Shown: positions 16,740-26,411 of the stretch, piece after piece | Position numbering within the stretch: position 1 is the stretch's first letter | Layout of the letters: every line of letters begins with the position of its first letter | Virus record (IMG/VR): IMGVR_UViG_3300038520_001354 | Location: 1-64,000 of that record | Strand: one strand, 5' to 3' | Length of the DNA: 64,000 nucleotides | From: a virus | Taxonomy: Duplodnaviria > Caudoviricetes | Position numbers and translations under genes: made by a program | Notes under the pieces: generated by a model | Database searches by the model: none | Seen by the model: the letters and a program-made list of their open reading frames with translations, nothing else | Told to the model about the DNA's origin: nothing

Positions 16740-18392
16740 ATGACAGAACAAGCAGACAAATACCGCCAAGCGGCTCAACAAATGAATCGTTTAGCCGAAT
16801 TAGATGAAGAAGAAGCCGAAGTAAAAGATAGCATAGAAGAACAGTTAGATACCGAATTAAAGAGTATTTTTTCTAATTCTTATGTAATGTCAGAACATGA
16901 AGAAATAACCAAACTATCTTCTCAATTTAATATTAATGCCACTGATGCTCGAAAAATGCTTAATGGATTTCCTAACGAATATGTTATTCAAGACCATACT
17001 ATTCCAGATTTAGTTAGAAAGATGAGAAAGGCTAGAAGGTCTTTAAAGGGAGAAGAAAGAATCAGGATGGCTAAAGCAATTGATACCATGATTGATGCTT
17101 ACTCAGACCACTTAAATAAGTGCATTGAATCTATTACATGGTTAAATGATTATAAAACTCCTTTATATAAAATGAGATATAATGAAAAAGACTTGTCTAA
17201 ATTACATAAAATGAAAAGTTCTGAATTAAGAAGAGAAACTATTGATGCTCTCTGTAAATATTGGGAAGCAGAACTAAATCAAAAAGATATGGCTTATGGA
17301 AAAGAATACAGTGATTTACATAAAGAAATGAGACAAGCCAAAAAAGATTTTAGAAATGTCATAGCAAAGATTACTAATCAATCTATAACTAAAAGTAAAA
17401 GGCAAAGGCAAGAAGAGTTTATTCTAAAAACTGTTTGTGAAAATCCCGGAATTACTGCAAAGGCTATACATGATAGAATGCCTAATCCTATGTTTAAAAG
17501 CACAAATGCTAATATAATATCTAAATCAATTAAAAAATTAGATATTACTTCGTGTGATGGTGCATACTATAAAATGCCTTCAATGATAAAGAAAAATATT
17601 TGGGCTTATACTGCTGCATTTATTGATTCAGATGGATATATTACTCTTGACCGTAATATGAATCCAAGAGTAGGACTGATAGCAACAGGTGAAAGAGGAA
17701 AGGCATTTATGATGGAGATGCACAAATCAATTGGTTTTGGGCGTATGCACTTAGACCAAAAATCACCACAAGCAACTCGATTAATTAATAGATTAAACTT
17801 TTATTCTCAAGATGATGTAACTAATTTGTTAACTAAGTGTTTACCACATTTTAGATTAAAGAAGGGTAATGCTGAGTTATTACTTGAATTAATCCGTATG
17901 AAAAAATCTTACAAGAAAGCAGATTGGTATAAAAGCCGTTGTGATGAAATATTTAAATTAATGAAATGGGAAAACCATAAAGACCATGTTGGGTTTGATT
18001 GGTTAAAGGAAGGTATTTATCTTGATGATATTCAAAAATTCAAAGATAATTGTAAAATGTCAGTTATGGATGAATTAGAACAAGTAGGAGGAAATATTCT
18101 AAAAATAGAAGGAGAAACTTCTGATGGAAGAAAAATTGATGCTGAACCAACAGAAATAAAAGACTATCTTACATATCGAAATTGGGCTTGGCAATCTGAT
18201 AAAGCAAGGAAAGAAGAAGGTTTATCGGGAGAAGGATTTGATGATAAAGAACATTTAGAACTTATTACCACTCCAAGAGGAAAAGTTTTAGGTTATTCTC
18301 CTAAAGGAGAAGAATTAAAGAAATGGATTTTAACATGGAATAAAGAATTTGGTGAGAGACTGAATGCAATATATCTAACAGGTGATGAGTAA
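16740..18392 (+). CDS. Multidomain protein with single LAGLIDADG endonuclease-like domain
   Basis: YTAAFIDSDGYI motif; preceded by helical and wHTH-like regions. Confidence 0.8.
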   Translation: MTEQADKYRQAAQQMNRLAELDEEEAEVKDSIEEQLDTELKSIFSNSYVMSEHEEITKLSSQFNINATDARKMLNGFPNEYVIQDHTIPDLVRKMRKARRSLKGEERIRMAKAIDTMIDAYSDHLNKCIESITWLNDYKTPLYKMRYNEKDLSKLHKMKSSELRRETIDALCKYWEAELNQKDMAYGKEYSDLHKEMRQAKKDFRNVIAKITNQSITKSKRQRQEEFILKTVCENPGITAKAIHDRMPNPMFKSTNANIISKSIKKLDITSCDGAYYKMPSMIKKNIWAYTAAFIDSDGYITLDRNMNPRVGLIATGERGKAFMMEMHKSIGFGRMHLDQKSPQATRLINRLNFYSQDDVTNLLTKCLPHFRLKKGNAELLLELIRMKKSYKKADWYKSRCDEIFKLMKWENHKDHVGFDWLKEGIYLDDIQKFKDNCKMSVMDELEQVGGNILKIEGETSDGRKIDAEPTEIKDYLTYRNWAWQSDKARKEEGLSGEGFDDKEHLELITTPRGKVLGYSPKGEELKKWILTWNKEFGERLNAIYLTGDE

Positions 18393-18508
18393 TGGCTACA
18401 TATAGAGGTTGTTGTTATTTATATATTAAAAATGATAATTGCGAGCATTGTAGGCTTAGGGATGCAAAAGAGGTGAAAAAGGATGACAATGACTTGGAAA
18501 CAACTTAA
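18392..18508 (+). CDS. 38-aa Cys-containing peptide (not in ORF track)
   Basis: MATYRGCCYLYIKNDNCEHCR...; GGTGA SD. Confidence 0.45.
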   Translation: MATYRGCCYLYIKNDNCEHCRLRDAKEVKKDDNDLETT

Positions 18509-18722
18509 AGATGGCATCTTAAATGATGAGTTACCCAAAGATAGAACAAAGTATGTTAAATTTTCTAATCTCGAAAAGATAAATAAAGATATGGTAATAT
18601 ATTATTTGAAATTAGGTTTTAGAAAACCAGAAAATAGAGCCAAGTTTTTAAGAGGTATTTTAGATGAAATGCTTCGCTCAAGTAATGAAAGATATGATAT
18701 TGAGGATAGCGGCCAACCATGA
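18483..18722 (+). CDS. Hypothetical protein, variant leader
   Basis: MTMTWKQLKD; GAGGTGA SD. Confidence 0.7.
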   Translation: MTMTWKQLKDGILNDELPKDRTKYVKFSNLEKINKDMVIYYLKLGFRKPENRAKFLRGILDEMLRSSNERYDIEDSGQP

Positions 18723-18775
18723 CCGAAGCGTTCATAGGTGGGTATATCATAGGACAATAATAGGGGGTGTGAAAC

Positions 18776-20413
18776 ATGGCTGATGAAAAAAGACGATTTA
18801 GTTTAACTAATTTATTTAGGCGTTCAACTCCTAAACCTGCTGATAGAAAAGTCTATAATATGGGTATTCAAGAAAGAGAAACTAATCATATGATGACAGG
18901 GCCAATTATCTATAATATAGTTAATCAGTCTGTTATCGCAAGAACCTGTATTACTCAACTAAAACAGGAAGTATTTAGAAGAGGATATGTTTGGGAAAAA
19001 GCACATGAGGCAAGATGCAATAATTGCGGAAAGGAACATCAAAGACCCGTATCAGAATGTTCTAGGTGCGGAAGTCAAGATTTATCACCTCCTGACCCAA
19101 AACAAAAAGAATATGCTGAAAAGTTTATTGAAGGCTATGTTAATAAATCAGAACAGTTATTTATTGATGTATTTCAAGAATTAGAAGATGATTTAAATAT
19201 TATGGATGATGCTTATATTGTTTTGGTAAAAGAATACTTTATTGATGGCAATGGTAAAATAAGAATGCACCGTGTTAAAGAACTTTATCGAGGCGACCCT
19301 GTTACTATGTTTATTTATAGTGATGAATTAGGTCGAAGAGGCACAAAAGGATTCACTTGTGTAAATCACAGAAATGTAGTTCATACTGACCCCCACGAAT
19401 TATGTGAAGTTTGTGGAAGTAATTTATTTCCTATTCATTATGTAAATAGAGTAAATGGTCAAGACCAATATTTTTTGAAAGGAGAAGTCTTGCACTTTAG
19501 TAAATATAGTCCTTCTCGATTATATGGTATGTCTCCTGTTATCACTTTATTTAATGCTATTATGACTCTAATTGCTATGGAAAATTATGTAAATCAATCT
19601 TATACCAAGAGTCGTATGCCAAGAGGATTACTTGCAGTTCAAACTAGAAATATGGATTCAATGCGTTCTTTTTGGCGTTCAGTTAAAGAAAAAATGGAGA
19701 CTGACCCTCATTTTATTCCTGTTATGGGTATTGAAGCAGAAAGCGGAAAGGGTGCGGTTGAATGGATTAAATTCATGGATAGCCTAAAAGAAATGGATTA
19801 TGTTTCTGTTAAAGATGATTTGCGAGATAGAATTTCAGCGTTCTATGGTGTAAGTAAAGTATTCATGGCTGACAATACTACAAGCGGTGGATTAAACAAT
19901 GAAGGTATGCAAATTCTCGTAACAAATAGAGCAGTTCAAAAAGCACAGACTGTCTATAATAATTATGTTTTCCCATTCCTTGTGAAGCAATTTGGTATTA
20001 CAGATTGGAATTTAAAATTACCTCCAAGCGAAGAAGAAGATGAAATTGCTGTTCTTCGTAAGCGTGAGATTGAAGTCAATATTGCTGCTTCAACTAAAAA
20101 TTTAGGATTTGAAGTGGATATGGATGAAGATGGTAATTTTACTTTCACTAAGCCAAAACCAGAAGAACCTAAAGAAGAAGGTGGAGAAGAGGGAGAACAG
20201 ACTCAGACTGACCCTTATGCCGGAACAAACATTGATGCTTCACAATTAGGTCAAATGCAAGAACAGGCATTACAAGGTAAGCCACAAGAAAATCCACCGG
20301 CAACTAGAAATAAGCCTTCTATGAATCAAGGGCCGGATAAGAGACTATCGGGATTGCCTTTAGATGCTGGTAATCAAAATGTTGATAGAAGAACAGAAAG
20401 GAGAGTAGGTTAA
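18776..20413 (+). CDS. Portal protein with zinc-ribbon insertions
   Basis: Position after terL; EVLHF..YGMSPV, MPRGLL, ISAFYGV portal motifs; CxxC pairs. Confidence 0.9.
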   Translation: MADEKRRFSLTNLFRRSTPKPADRKVYNMGIQERETNHMMTGPIIYNIVNQSVIARTCITQLKQEVFRRGYVWEKAHEARCNNCGKEHQRPVSECSRCGSQDLSPPDPKQKEYAEKFIEGYVNKSEQLFIDVFQELEDDLNIMDDAYIVLVKEYFIDGNGKIRMHRVKELYRGDPVTMFIYSDELGRRGTKGFTCVNHRNVVHTDPHELCEVCGSNLFPIHYVNRVNGQDQYFLKGEVLHFSKYSPSRLYGMSPVITLFNAIMTLIAMENYVNQSYTKSRMPRGLLAVQTRNMDSMRSFWRSVKEKMETDPHFIPVMGIEAESGKGAVEWIKFMDSLKEMDYVSVKDDLRDRISAFYGVSKVFMADNTTSGGLNNEGMQILVTNRAVQKAQTVYNNYVFPFLVKQFGITDWNLKLPPSEEEDEIAVLRKREIEVNIAASTKNLGFEVDMDEDGNFTFTKPKPEEPKEEGGEEGEQTQTDPYAGTNIDASQLGQMQEQALQGKPQENPPATRNKPSMNQGPDKRLSGLPLDAGNQNVDRRTERRVG

Positions 20414-20414
20414 T

Positions 20415-20639
20415 ATGACAGAAGATTTACACCAAAAACAAAGAAGATTAACAAAAGAATTAGCCCAAGTAAAGGCTTTAACTGCACAAGAAAATAATAG
20501 AAAGACTAAAAATAGAGATATGTCTGTTGGTTTGCCATTAGACACTACTCATAAGTCAAGACCTTCTTCAGCAGATAATCCTGATGTTATTCTTTTACCA
20601 CCAAAAAAAGTAAGAAAGACCGAGAATATTCCATTCTGA
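20415..20639 (+). CDS. Hypothetical protein
   Basis: ORF track, operonic spacing. Confidence 0.7.
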   Translation: MTEDLHQKQRRLTKELAQVKALTAQENNRKTKNRDMSVGLPLDTTHKSRPSSADNPDVILLPPKKVRKTENIPF

Positions 20640-20648
20640 GGTGATTAA

Positions 20649-22268
20649 ATGATTTTTGAATTATCTAAAGATAAGTCATTACTTTCTTTGTTAAGTAAAG
20701 TTGATTTAGATAAAAACACTGAATCTTTAGTTAAATCAAATGCAAATCTTTATGAGATTAAAAAGTCATTAGAAGATAATATAAATTCAACAAATATAGT
20801 TGAATATAGAAAATATATTATTAAAGCCGAGGAAGAAATCAGCGAAGAGGAAGAAGAACAACAACGAATAGCAGATGAAGCATTAAGTGAAGTCGAAGAC
20901 TTTACTGAATCTGGTGATATTGTTGATTTATCTTCTGAAAGAGAAAGAAAATTACAAGCAGCATCCCGTAGTCAAACACTTAGGCAAGAAGATGCAGAAG
21001 ATAAGGCTTTTAAATTTTTAAGTAGTTTAGAAGTCATTATTGAGGGTCTAGAAAAAATTGCTGAAACAGCAAGAGTTACTAAGGAAGGTAATAAAAAAGA
21101 GATTACTAATGCTATGAAATCGTATTTAGAATTAGGTTCAAGTATTACTAATTCTTCTAAAGTATTAGATGTTTTGGCTTTGTTGAAGAAAGACCCTAAC
21201 TATATCAAATCTGCTTTCGGCAGATTTTTGTCTAATGGTATATTAACAGGAAAAACTCGTCAAAAAGGAAAAACAACAAGAACGAGAAAAGACATAGATG
21301 TTAATGAATTAATTGGTAAAGTTAATAGTATTCTTAATCTAAGATTTGATGTTGGAGATACAGATGAAGAAATAGATATTATAGAAGTGTTTACTTTACT
21401 TCATGTTCAAAGACATAAAAGAGAACCTCCTAATATTAAAGATAGAAAGAGACTAAGGCGTGAATATGAGGGAATACAACTATATTTGAAAGGCCAAAGC
21501 CCAAAAGCAGCAAGAGATTTTAAAAATGCTAAAAAGAAACTTTCTAAACTCCGAGATAATACTGATTTAATTTTACGAAGAAAGATAAGAGTTGATGAAA
21601 AAATAGAAGAGTTAGAAGAAATTCTGTCTGATACTGATAAGATTGTTGAAAATAAATTACAAAGATTAAATACTGCTTTAAGAACTCTTATGACTGATAA
21701 GAAAACAAAACTTAGCCCAGAAAAAATTACTTCTATGACAAGAAGAATACAAGAACTTCGTGATAATCCTGATAAATATATAGAAGAAGCAAGGGATGAA
21801 ATTCAAGAAGACTTAGAAACTGAAAGAGTTAAGTTAGAAAAGTATTCTGCTGATTTAAATGCAGTTGAAAGAGTTAAAGAAGTTTCTAAAAGATTTAATA
21901 AAATATTAGGTATGTTTAGAGATAATGAGCCCGTTGATGTAATTAAAAGAAACTTAACAAAAGGTATGAATATAATTACTAAATTAAACTTTAGGGCAAG
22001 AGGAATAGAAATTATGTCTGCTAAATTAGGAGATAAGATAGAAGATGGACTAGCAGCCTATTTGGAAGATAATCCTGAAGTTAAATTAACACTTGAAGCA
22101 GATGGTTTGTCATTTAATGGTGCGCCTACTATTGATGCAAAGGCATTAGTAAGAATGGATGAATTAACTGATAAGTTTAATGAATTAGTTCAGAAGTTAG
22201 AAGAAGTAACTAATGTTCTAGAAAATGATATTCAAGGTAAAAAACCTACACAGGAGGGAGAAGAATGA
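20649..22268 (+). CDS. Coiled-coil protein in head module
   Basis: 539 aa; GAGGTGA SD; LVKS, IKKS, IIKA motifs near N-terminus. Confidence 0.75.
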   Translation: MIFELSKDKSLLSLLSKVDLDKNTESLVKSNANLYEIKKSLEDNINSTNIVEYRKYIIKAEEEISEEEEEQQRIADEALSEVEDFTESGDIVDLSSERERKLQAASRSQTLRQEDAEDKAFKFLSSLEVIIEGLEKIAETARVTKEGNKKEITNAMKSYLELGSSITNSSKVLDVLALLKKDPNYIKSAFGRFLSNGILTGKTRQKGKTTRTRKDIDVNELIGKVNSILNLRFDVGDTDEEIDIIEVFTLLHVQRHKREPPNIKDRKRLRREYEGIQLYLKGQSPKAARDFKNAKKKLSKLRDNTDLILRRKIRVDEKIEELEEILSDTDKIVENKLQRLNTALRTLMTDKKTKLSPEKITSMTRRIQELRDNPDKYIEEARDEIQEDLETERVKLEKYSADLNAVERVKEVSKRFNKILGMFRDNEPVDVIKRNLTKGMNIITKLNFRARGIEIMSAKLGDKIEDGLAAYLEDNPEVKLTLEADGLSFNGAPTIDAKALVRMDELTDKFNELVQKLEEVTNVLENDIQGKKPTQEGEE

Positions 22269-22630
22269 CTTGGGATTTCTATGGAGATGGAGAAGATTTT
22301 GTTTTAAAAGAAAAGAAAGAAAAACCAAAAGAAATACTAGATTCAATGGATAGCAAAGCGAGAAAGAGACTTAAAAAAACTCTTCAAGCGGCTGAACCTA
22401 CTGAATTTTTTGGTCAAGATTTTACTAAATTAGGTGAATTAATTACTGTTCTTAGAGAATTAGATTTAACTAAGTCAGACAAGAAGTTAAACAAGAAAAT
22501 GAAATCAATGGATGAGCGCAACATTGATATTGTGGCTACGGCTACGAAGTTGCGTAAAGAATACGAATTACTTTACAGGCAATTACGAGATTTAGTTTAT
22601 CCTAAAGGAAAAGGGAGAGATAAGAGATGA
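22265..22630 (+). CDS. Hypothetical protein
   Basis: ATGA overlaps on both sides; starts MTWDF. Confidence 0.75.
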   Translation: MTWDFYGDGEDFVLKEKKEKPKEILDSMDSKARKRLKKTLQAAEPTEFFGQDFTKLGELITVLRELDLTKSDKKLNKKMKSMDERNIDIVATATKLRKEYELLYRQLRDLVYPKGKGRDKR

Positions 22631-22875
22631 CAGAAGAGAACACAATAAATGAAGATATTTTAGCGATTATAAAGGCTTTAACTGAAAAAGTTGAAAGTTT
22701 AGAAAAGATGATGTATTCAAAAGATAATCTATTGATGAAAGCAGGATTAGTTGTATCAAACAGCCCTATTCCTGCTATGGATAATTCTATTGGCGGTGTT
22801 AGTTCATTACCAACAACAGATGTTTCAAGCATGGATTGGTCAGATATTCATAAAATGGTATCAGATATGGAGTGA
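22627..22875 (+). CDS. Mini-scaffold-like protein sharing the scaffold C-terminal motif
   Basis: N-terminal coiled coil; C-terminal MDWSDIHKMV matches scaffold MEWSDIHKMV. Confidence 0.7.
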   Translation: MTEENTINEDILAIIKALTEKVESLEKMMYSKDNLLMKAGLVVSNSPIPAMDNSIGGVSSLPTTDVSSMDWSDIHKMVSDME

Positions 22876-22880
22876 TTAAT

Positions 22881-23432
22881 ATGCCGGAAAGAGTAACAAG
22901 AGAAGAAAGAACAATTAGCATGGCTATTGAAAAAGCCCGAAGCACAAAAGAAATATTGTATAATTCTTTAATGGATAATAATAGAAATCCTATGGAAGAT
23001 AAATCAGAAGCAGTTAAGGTAAAAAGACCAAAGGCTGAAAAAGATACAACTAAGTTTGAATCAAATGATGGGCCGACTTCTTTACACGCTTATGCTGGTG
23101 ATATTACAAAGGCTATTAAAGTCCTTAAAGCAGTTAAAGAATCAGATTACAGGACTAATCCATTTCTAGATGAAGAACAAAGAATGATGTTAATTGAAGA
23201 AATTGATAGAACAGAAGAGGCTCTTTCAGACATTAGAGAACAAATAAATAATGCAGATGACCCAAGTGATTTAGATAAATTAGATAGATTATTTGTAGCA
23301 TTAAGTTCAGCAATTACAAGTATGGAAAGAAGATTAGATAAAATCCCCGAACAAACTATGCGGTATGATTCGGAATATTCATCAGAAACTTTAGACCCTG
23401 ACTATGAAAGAACTTCTTTGCGCCTTAATTAA
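22881..23432 (+). CDS. Hypothetical protein
   Basis: IEKA, ITKA, VLKA motifs. Confidence 0.75.
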   Translation: MPERVTREERTISMAIEKARSTKEILYNSLMDNNRNPMEDKSEAVKVKRPKAEKDTTKFESNDGPTSLHAYAGDITKAIKVLKAVKESDYRTNPFLDEEQRMMLIEEIDRTEEALSDIREQINNADDPSDLDKLDRLFVALSSAITSMERRLDKIPEQTMRYDSEYSSETLDPDYERTSLRLN

Positions 23433-23446
23433 ACATAGTGGTTACT

Positions 23447-26368
23447 ATGAAATTAGGTTCTATTGAGAAGGATAAACAACCTTCTCAAGAAATTCTTAGG
23501 TTGTTTGAAAAAACAAGAGTTGCTTATTTATCAGCAGCGCAAGACCCCGATGAATACGGTGGTCGCTGGCGTAATGCAGTTGATACTATAATAGAATCTT
23601 ATGAAGAATTAGATGCCGCAGGTAAGGAATTGAAGAACTTTATTGATGAGAAAGATTTGAATGATAAAGATACTAAAGACCCTACTACAAGACAAGCAAA
23701 GGAATTATACGAAAATATTAAGTTATTAAGATATTCTTCTAGTATTGTAGCAGACCCATTTTCTGATATGTTTAAAGGAAATGTTCTTGAAGAATTATTA
23801 GATAATCCTGAAAGTATGGTTAAATTTGTTCACTATGCTTTGAGGGATGACAATAAAGCCCTTCCCGAATCCATTTTAGCAGTTAAAGGGATGCAAGCCG
23901 ACACAATTACGGAGGGTCTTATGGGGCTTGACCTAGAATCGGAGGATATTGCCCTGTATATTATAGAGCATTATGGGGATGGAAAAGACTCAAAGAAGGT
24001 CGAAGCAAAAGTAAATGCTGCTATGGATATGTTAGAGTTAATTTACTTTTCTCAGAACGAAGAAAAAGATTGGAAAGATTTGAAAGATATAGAAGGAATG
24101 AAGAAATCAGTTGAGAAAGATGAGAAAAAGTCTATCTCTCATTTTATTATTCCTAATAAACCAATGTATAGAATATTCGAAATAGACGATATTAATCAAT
24201 TAAAGGGATTTAGTGGCGATTGGTATGTTCAAGAAAAATATGATGGAATGAGAATACAATTGCATAAATTAGATGGCAAAGTTAAAATTTATTCCTTCAA
24301 TGAAAAAGATATTTCAGAAAAGTGTATTGCTCAAGTAAAAGAGTTAGAAAAGAAAGAGTATGGGGATTGTATTTTAGATGGAGAATTAGTTCTATTTGAT
24401 GGTGACGACCCTTTACATAGAGCAGATACTATTGCTCATGTTTTTAAAGGAAAGTATAAAGATGCTACATTAAAGTGTCATGTATTTGATATTATTAGGC
24501 ATGAGTCACAAACATTAGCGGATGAAGAATTAGAAAATAGAATGACTATTTTGTTTAATAATTATGCTTCTAAGTCAAGCCAAGCCATTTCTTTCCCATC
24601 AAAGAAAGATACTCGACAAGCGGATAGTTTAGAAGATGTTGAAAAGTATGCTAAAGAAATGATGGATATTCCTACATCAGAAGGAGTCGTCATTAAAGAT
24701 GCTACTTCAACCTATTACATAGGAACTAAAAAGAATCCCAAGTGGATTAAATGGAAAAAGTTTGTTGATTTAGATGTTATCGTTTTGGAAAAGAAAAAGA
24801 CAAAAAGTAATCTTTATTCTTATACTGTTGGTGTTGGCCCGATTATTGAGGAAATGGATGGTTTAGTCGAAGTAAATAAAACCAAATACTTAAATGTAGG
24901 TAAAGCCCTAAATACAAAAATTGCAGTTGATATTGGAGATATTATTAGAGTAAAGGTTGATGAAGTAAAGAAGAAAGGAGATGGATATAGTTTATTCTCC
25001 GCTAAAGTTATTGAAATACCTGAAGTCGAGCATCCTGATAAATTAGTCACTCTTGAGTTATTGTCTCAAGATACTAAGAAGTCTTTAAATTATGATGTAA
25101 CTGCTTTAGAAAAAGGAGTAAGAGTTACCGACCATATACACGGAGAAGCCGATGTTATTATCAAATATGATTTAGATGGTTTTACTATTTATGGTTTTGA
25201 AGAAAATAATCTAATGTCAAGAAACGCTACTGCTGATTTAGATATGTGGAAACAACAAGCGATTGATATTATGAAATCAAAGCAAAGCGAATTAACTGTT
25301 GCTATTTTTCAATACCTTAAAGAGAATGGCCCACAAAGAGTAAGTAAAGTCCATAATTTTTTAAAAGAAAAACATAAAGAATTATATGAAGATGTTTTAG
25401 AATCAGATTCAAAGAAACTTAAAAAGTGGTCTGTTCAAAGAGATGGCATCAGTGAATTTGAAAATAGATTAAAGGCTGATGAAGATAAAATAATGCAAGA
25501 AGAAGAGATTAAGAAATCTTTTTTGCTTAAAAACGCAAGGCTTATTGAAGAAGCACAAGAATTAGAAGAAGAAGTTACTATTGATTCTGATGCTGATATG
25601 GAAGGAGAATGTTGTTCTAACCTTAAATTAGGCTATGTATCTATACTTCATAATAGTTTAGAAGAGTTAGTGGCTGAAAATGGTAGTTATGAAAACTTTA
25701 TTAATAGGGCTGATGAAGGCATTAGAGAATCATACGCTTCGACATATGAAGAAGAATTGAAAGAAATGGAAGATAGTATTTTAGAAATGTCTTGTGAACA
25801 ATTAGTTGAGTATTTAAGAGAATTATTTGAAAAATATCGCTTTTCTGATGTAAAACAACTTCTTGATGAATATGAACAATGTCAGTTTGGAGAAGGTTTT
25901 TCAGATAAATATGCTATGTTAAAAGCATATAAAACTCCAAAAAAACTACAAGAAGGTTTATTCAAAATATATGCAAGAGAAGATAATAATGTTACATTAG
26001 CCATACAAGTTGGTGATGAAAATATGTTTTGGACTATTGATTTAGAAAACGATGAAGAAATGTTTGATTTATTCGGGGCGGCTGGTAAATATCCCGCAGA
26101 AGTTTCTAAAAACATAGAAAGAGGAAAGGTAATTGATTCCGGTAAAATAAGATTAGGTGTTCAAAGAGACGGCTATCACGAATATTTCTTAGAAGGTAAT
26201 AAGTTTGAGACTAAAATGCACATTAGAGTCATTAAAGTCGAAGGACAAGAAATGTGGCTTGCATGGACAGGCTACAAACAAGAACCTGCCGATACAGAAG
26301 GGGATAAAGGAAAATGGAATATCTATGAGGATAGGTATAACAAATTATCCATTCCTACAAATGAGTAG
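23447..26368 (+). CDS. lig: ATP-dependent DNA ligase with large N- and C-terminal extensions
   Basis: Motif I QEKYDGMR, III ILDGE, IIIa VFDII, IV EGVVIK, V WIKWK; OB-like domain follows. Confidence 0.92.
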   Translation: MKLGSIEKDKQPSQEILRLFEKTRVAYLSAAQDPDEYGGRWRNAVDTIIESYEELDAAGKELKNFIDEKDLNDKDTKDPTTRQAKELYENIKLLRYSSSIVADPFSDMFKGNVLEELLDNPESMVKFVHYALRDDNKALPESILAVKGMQADTITEGLMGLDLESEDIALYIIEHYGDGKDSKKVEAKVNAAMDMLELIYFSQNEEKDWKDLKDIEGMKKSVEKDEKKSISHFIIPNKPMYRIFEIDDINQLKGFSGDWYVQEKYDGMRIQLHKLDGKVKIYSFNEKDISEKCIAQVKELEKKEYGDCILDGELVLFDGDDPLHRADTIAHVFKGKYKDATLKCHVFDIIRHESQTLADEELENRMTILFNNYASKSSQAISFPSKKDTRQADSLEDVEKYAKEMMDIPTSEGVVIKDATSTYYIGTKKNPKWIKWKKFVDLDVIVLEKKKTKSNLYSYTVGVGPIIEEMDGLVEVNKTKYLNVGKALNTKIAVDIGDIIRVKVDEVKKKGDGYSLFSAKVIEIPEVEHPDKLVTLELLSQDTKKSLNYDVTALEKGVRVTDHIHGEADVIIKYDLDGFTIYGFEENNLMSRNATADLDMWKQQAIDIMKSKQSELTVAIFQYLKENGPQRVSKVHNFLKEKHKELYEDVLESDSKKLKKWSVQRDGISEFENRLKADEDKIMQEEEIKKSFLLKNARLIEEAQELEEEVTIDSDADMEGECCSNLKLGYVSILHNSLEELVAENGSYENFINRADEGIRESYASTYEEELKEMEDSILEMSCEQLVEYLRELFEKYRFSDVKQLLDEYEQCQFGEGFSDKYAMLKAYKTPKKLQEGLFKIYAREDNNVTLAIQVGDENMFWTIDLENDEEMFDLFGAAGKYPAEVSKNIERGKVIDSGKIRLGVQRDGYHEYFLEGNKFETKMHIRVIKVEGQEMWLAWTGYKQEPADTEGDKGKWNIYEDRYNKLSIPTNE

Positions 26369-26373
26369 TGTTC

Positions 26374-26381
26374 TTTATATA
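26374..26381 (+). promoter_or_regulatory. Archaeal TATA-box candidate for the capsid operon
   Basis: TTTATATA about 30 nt upstream of the protease ATG, in an intergenic gap. Confidence 0.55.
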
Positions 26382-26411
26382 CTGAAATGAACAAGAAGGG
26401 GATGAGGAAGA

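Noticed and set aside
16740-18392. Intein in terminase or portal
   Set aside because: The LAGLIDADG ORF is separate, with its own start and stop; terL and portal look complete
18722-18745. BRE/TATA-like promoters before portal (ccgaagcgttcata) and at ~29678 (cgatagggttaaaa)
   Set aside because: Plausible but too degenerate to list as features without TSS data
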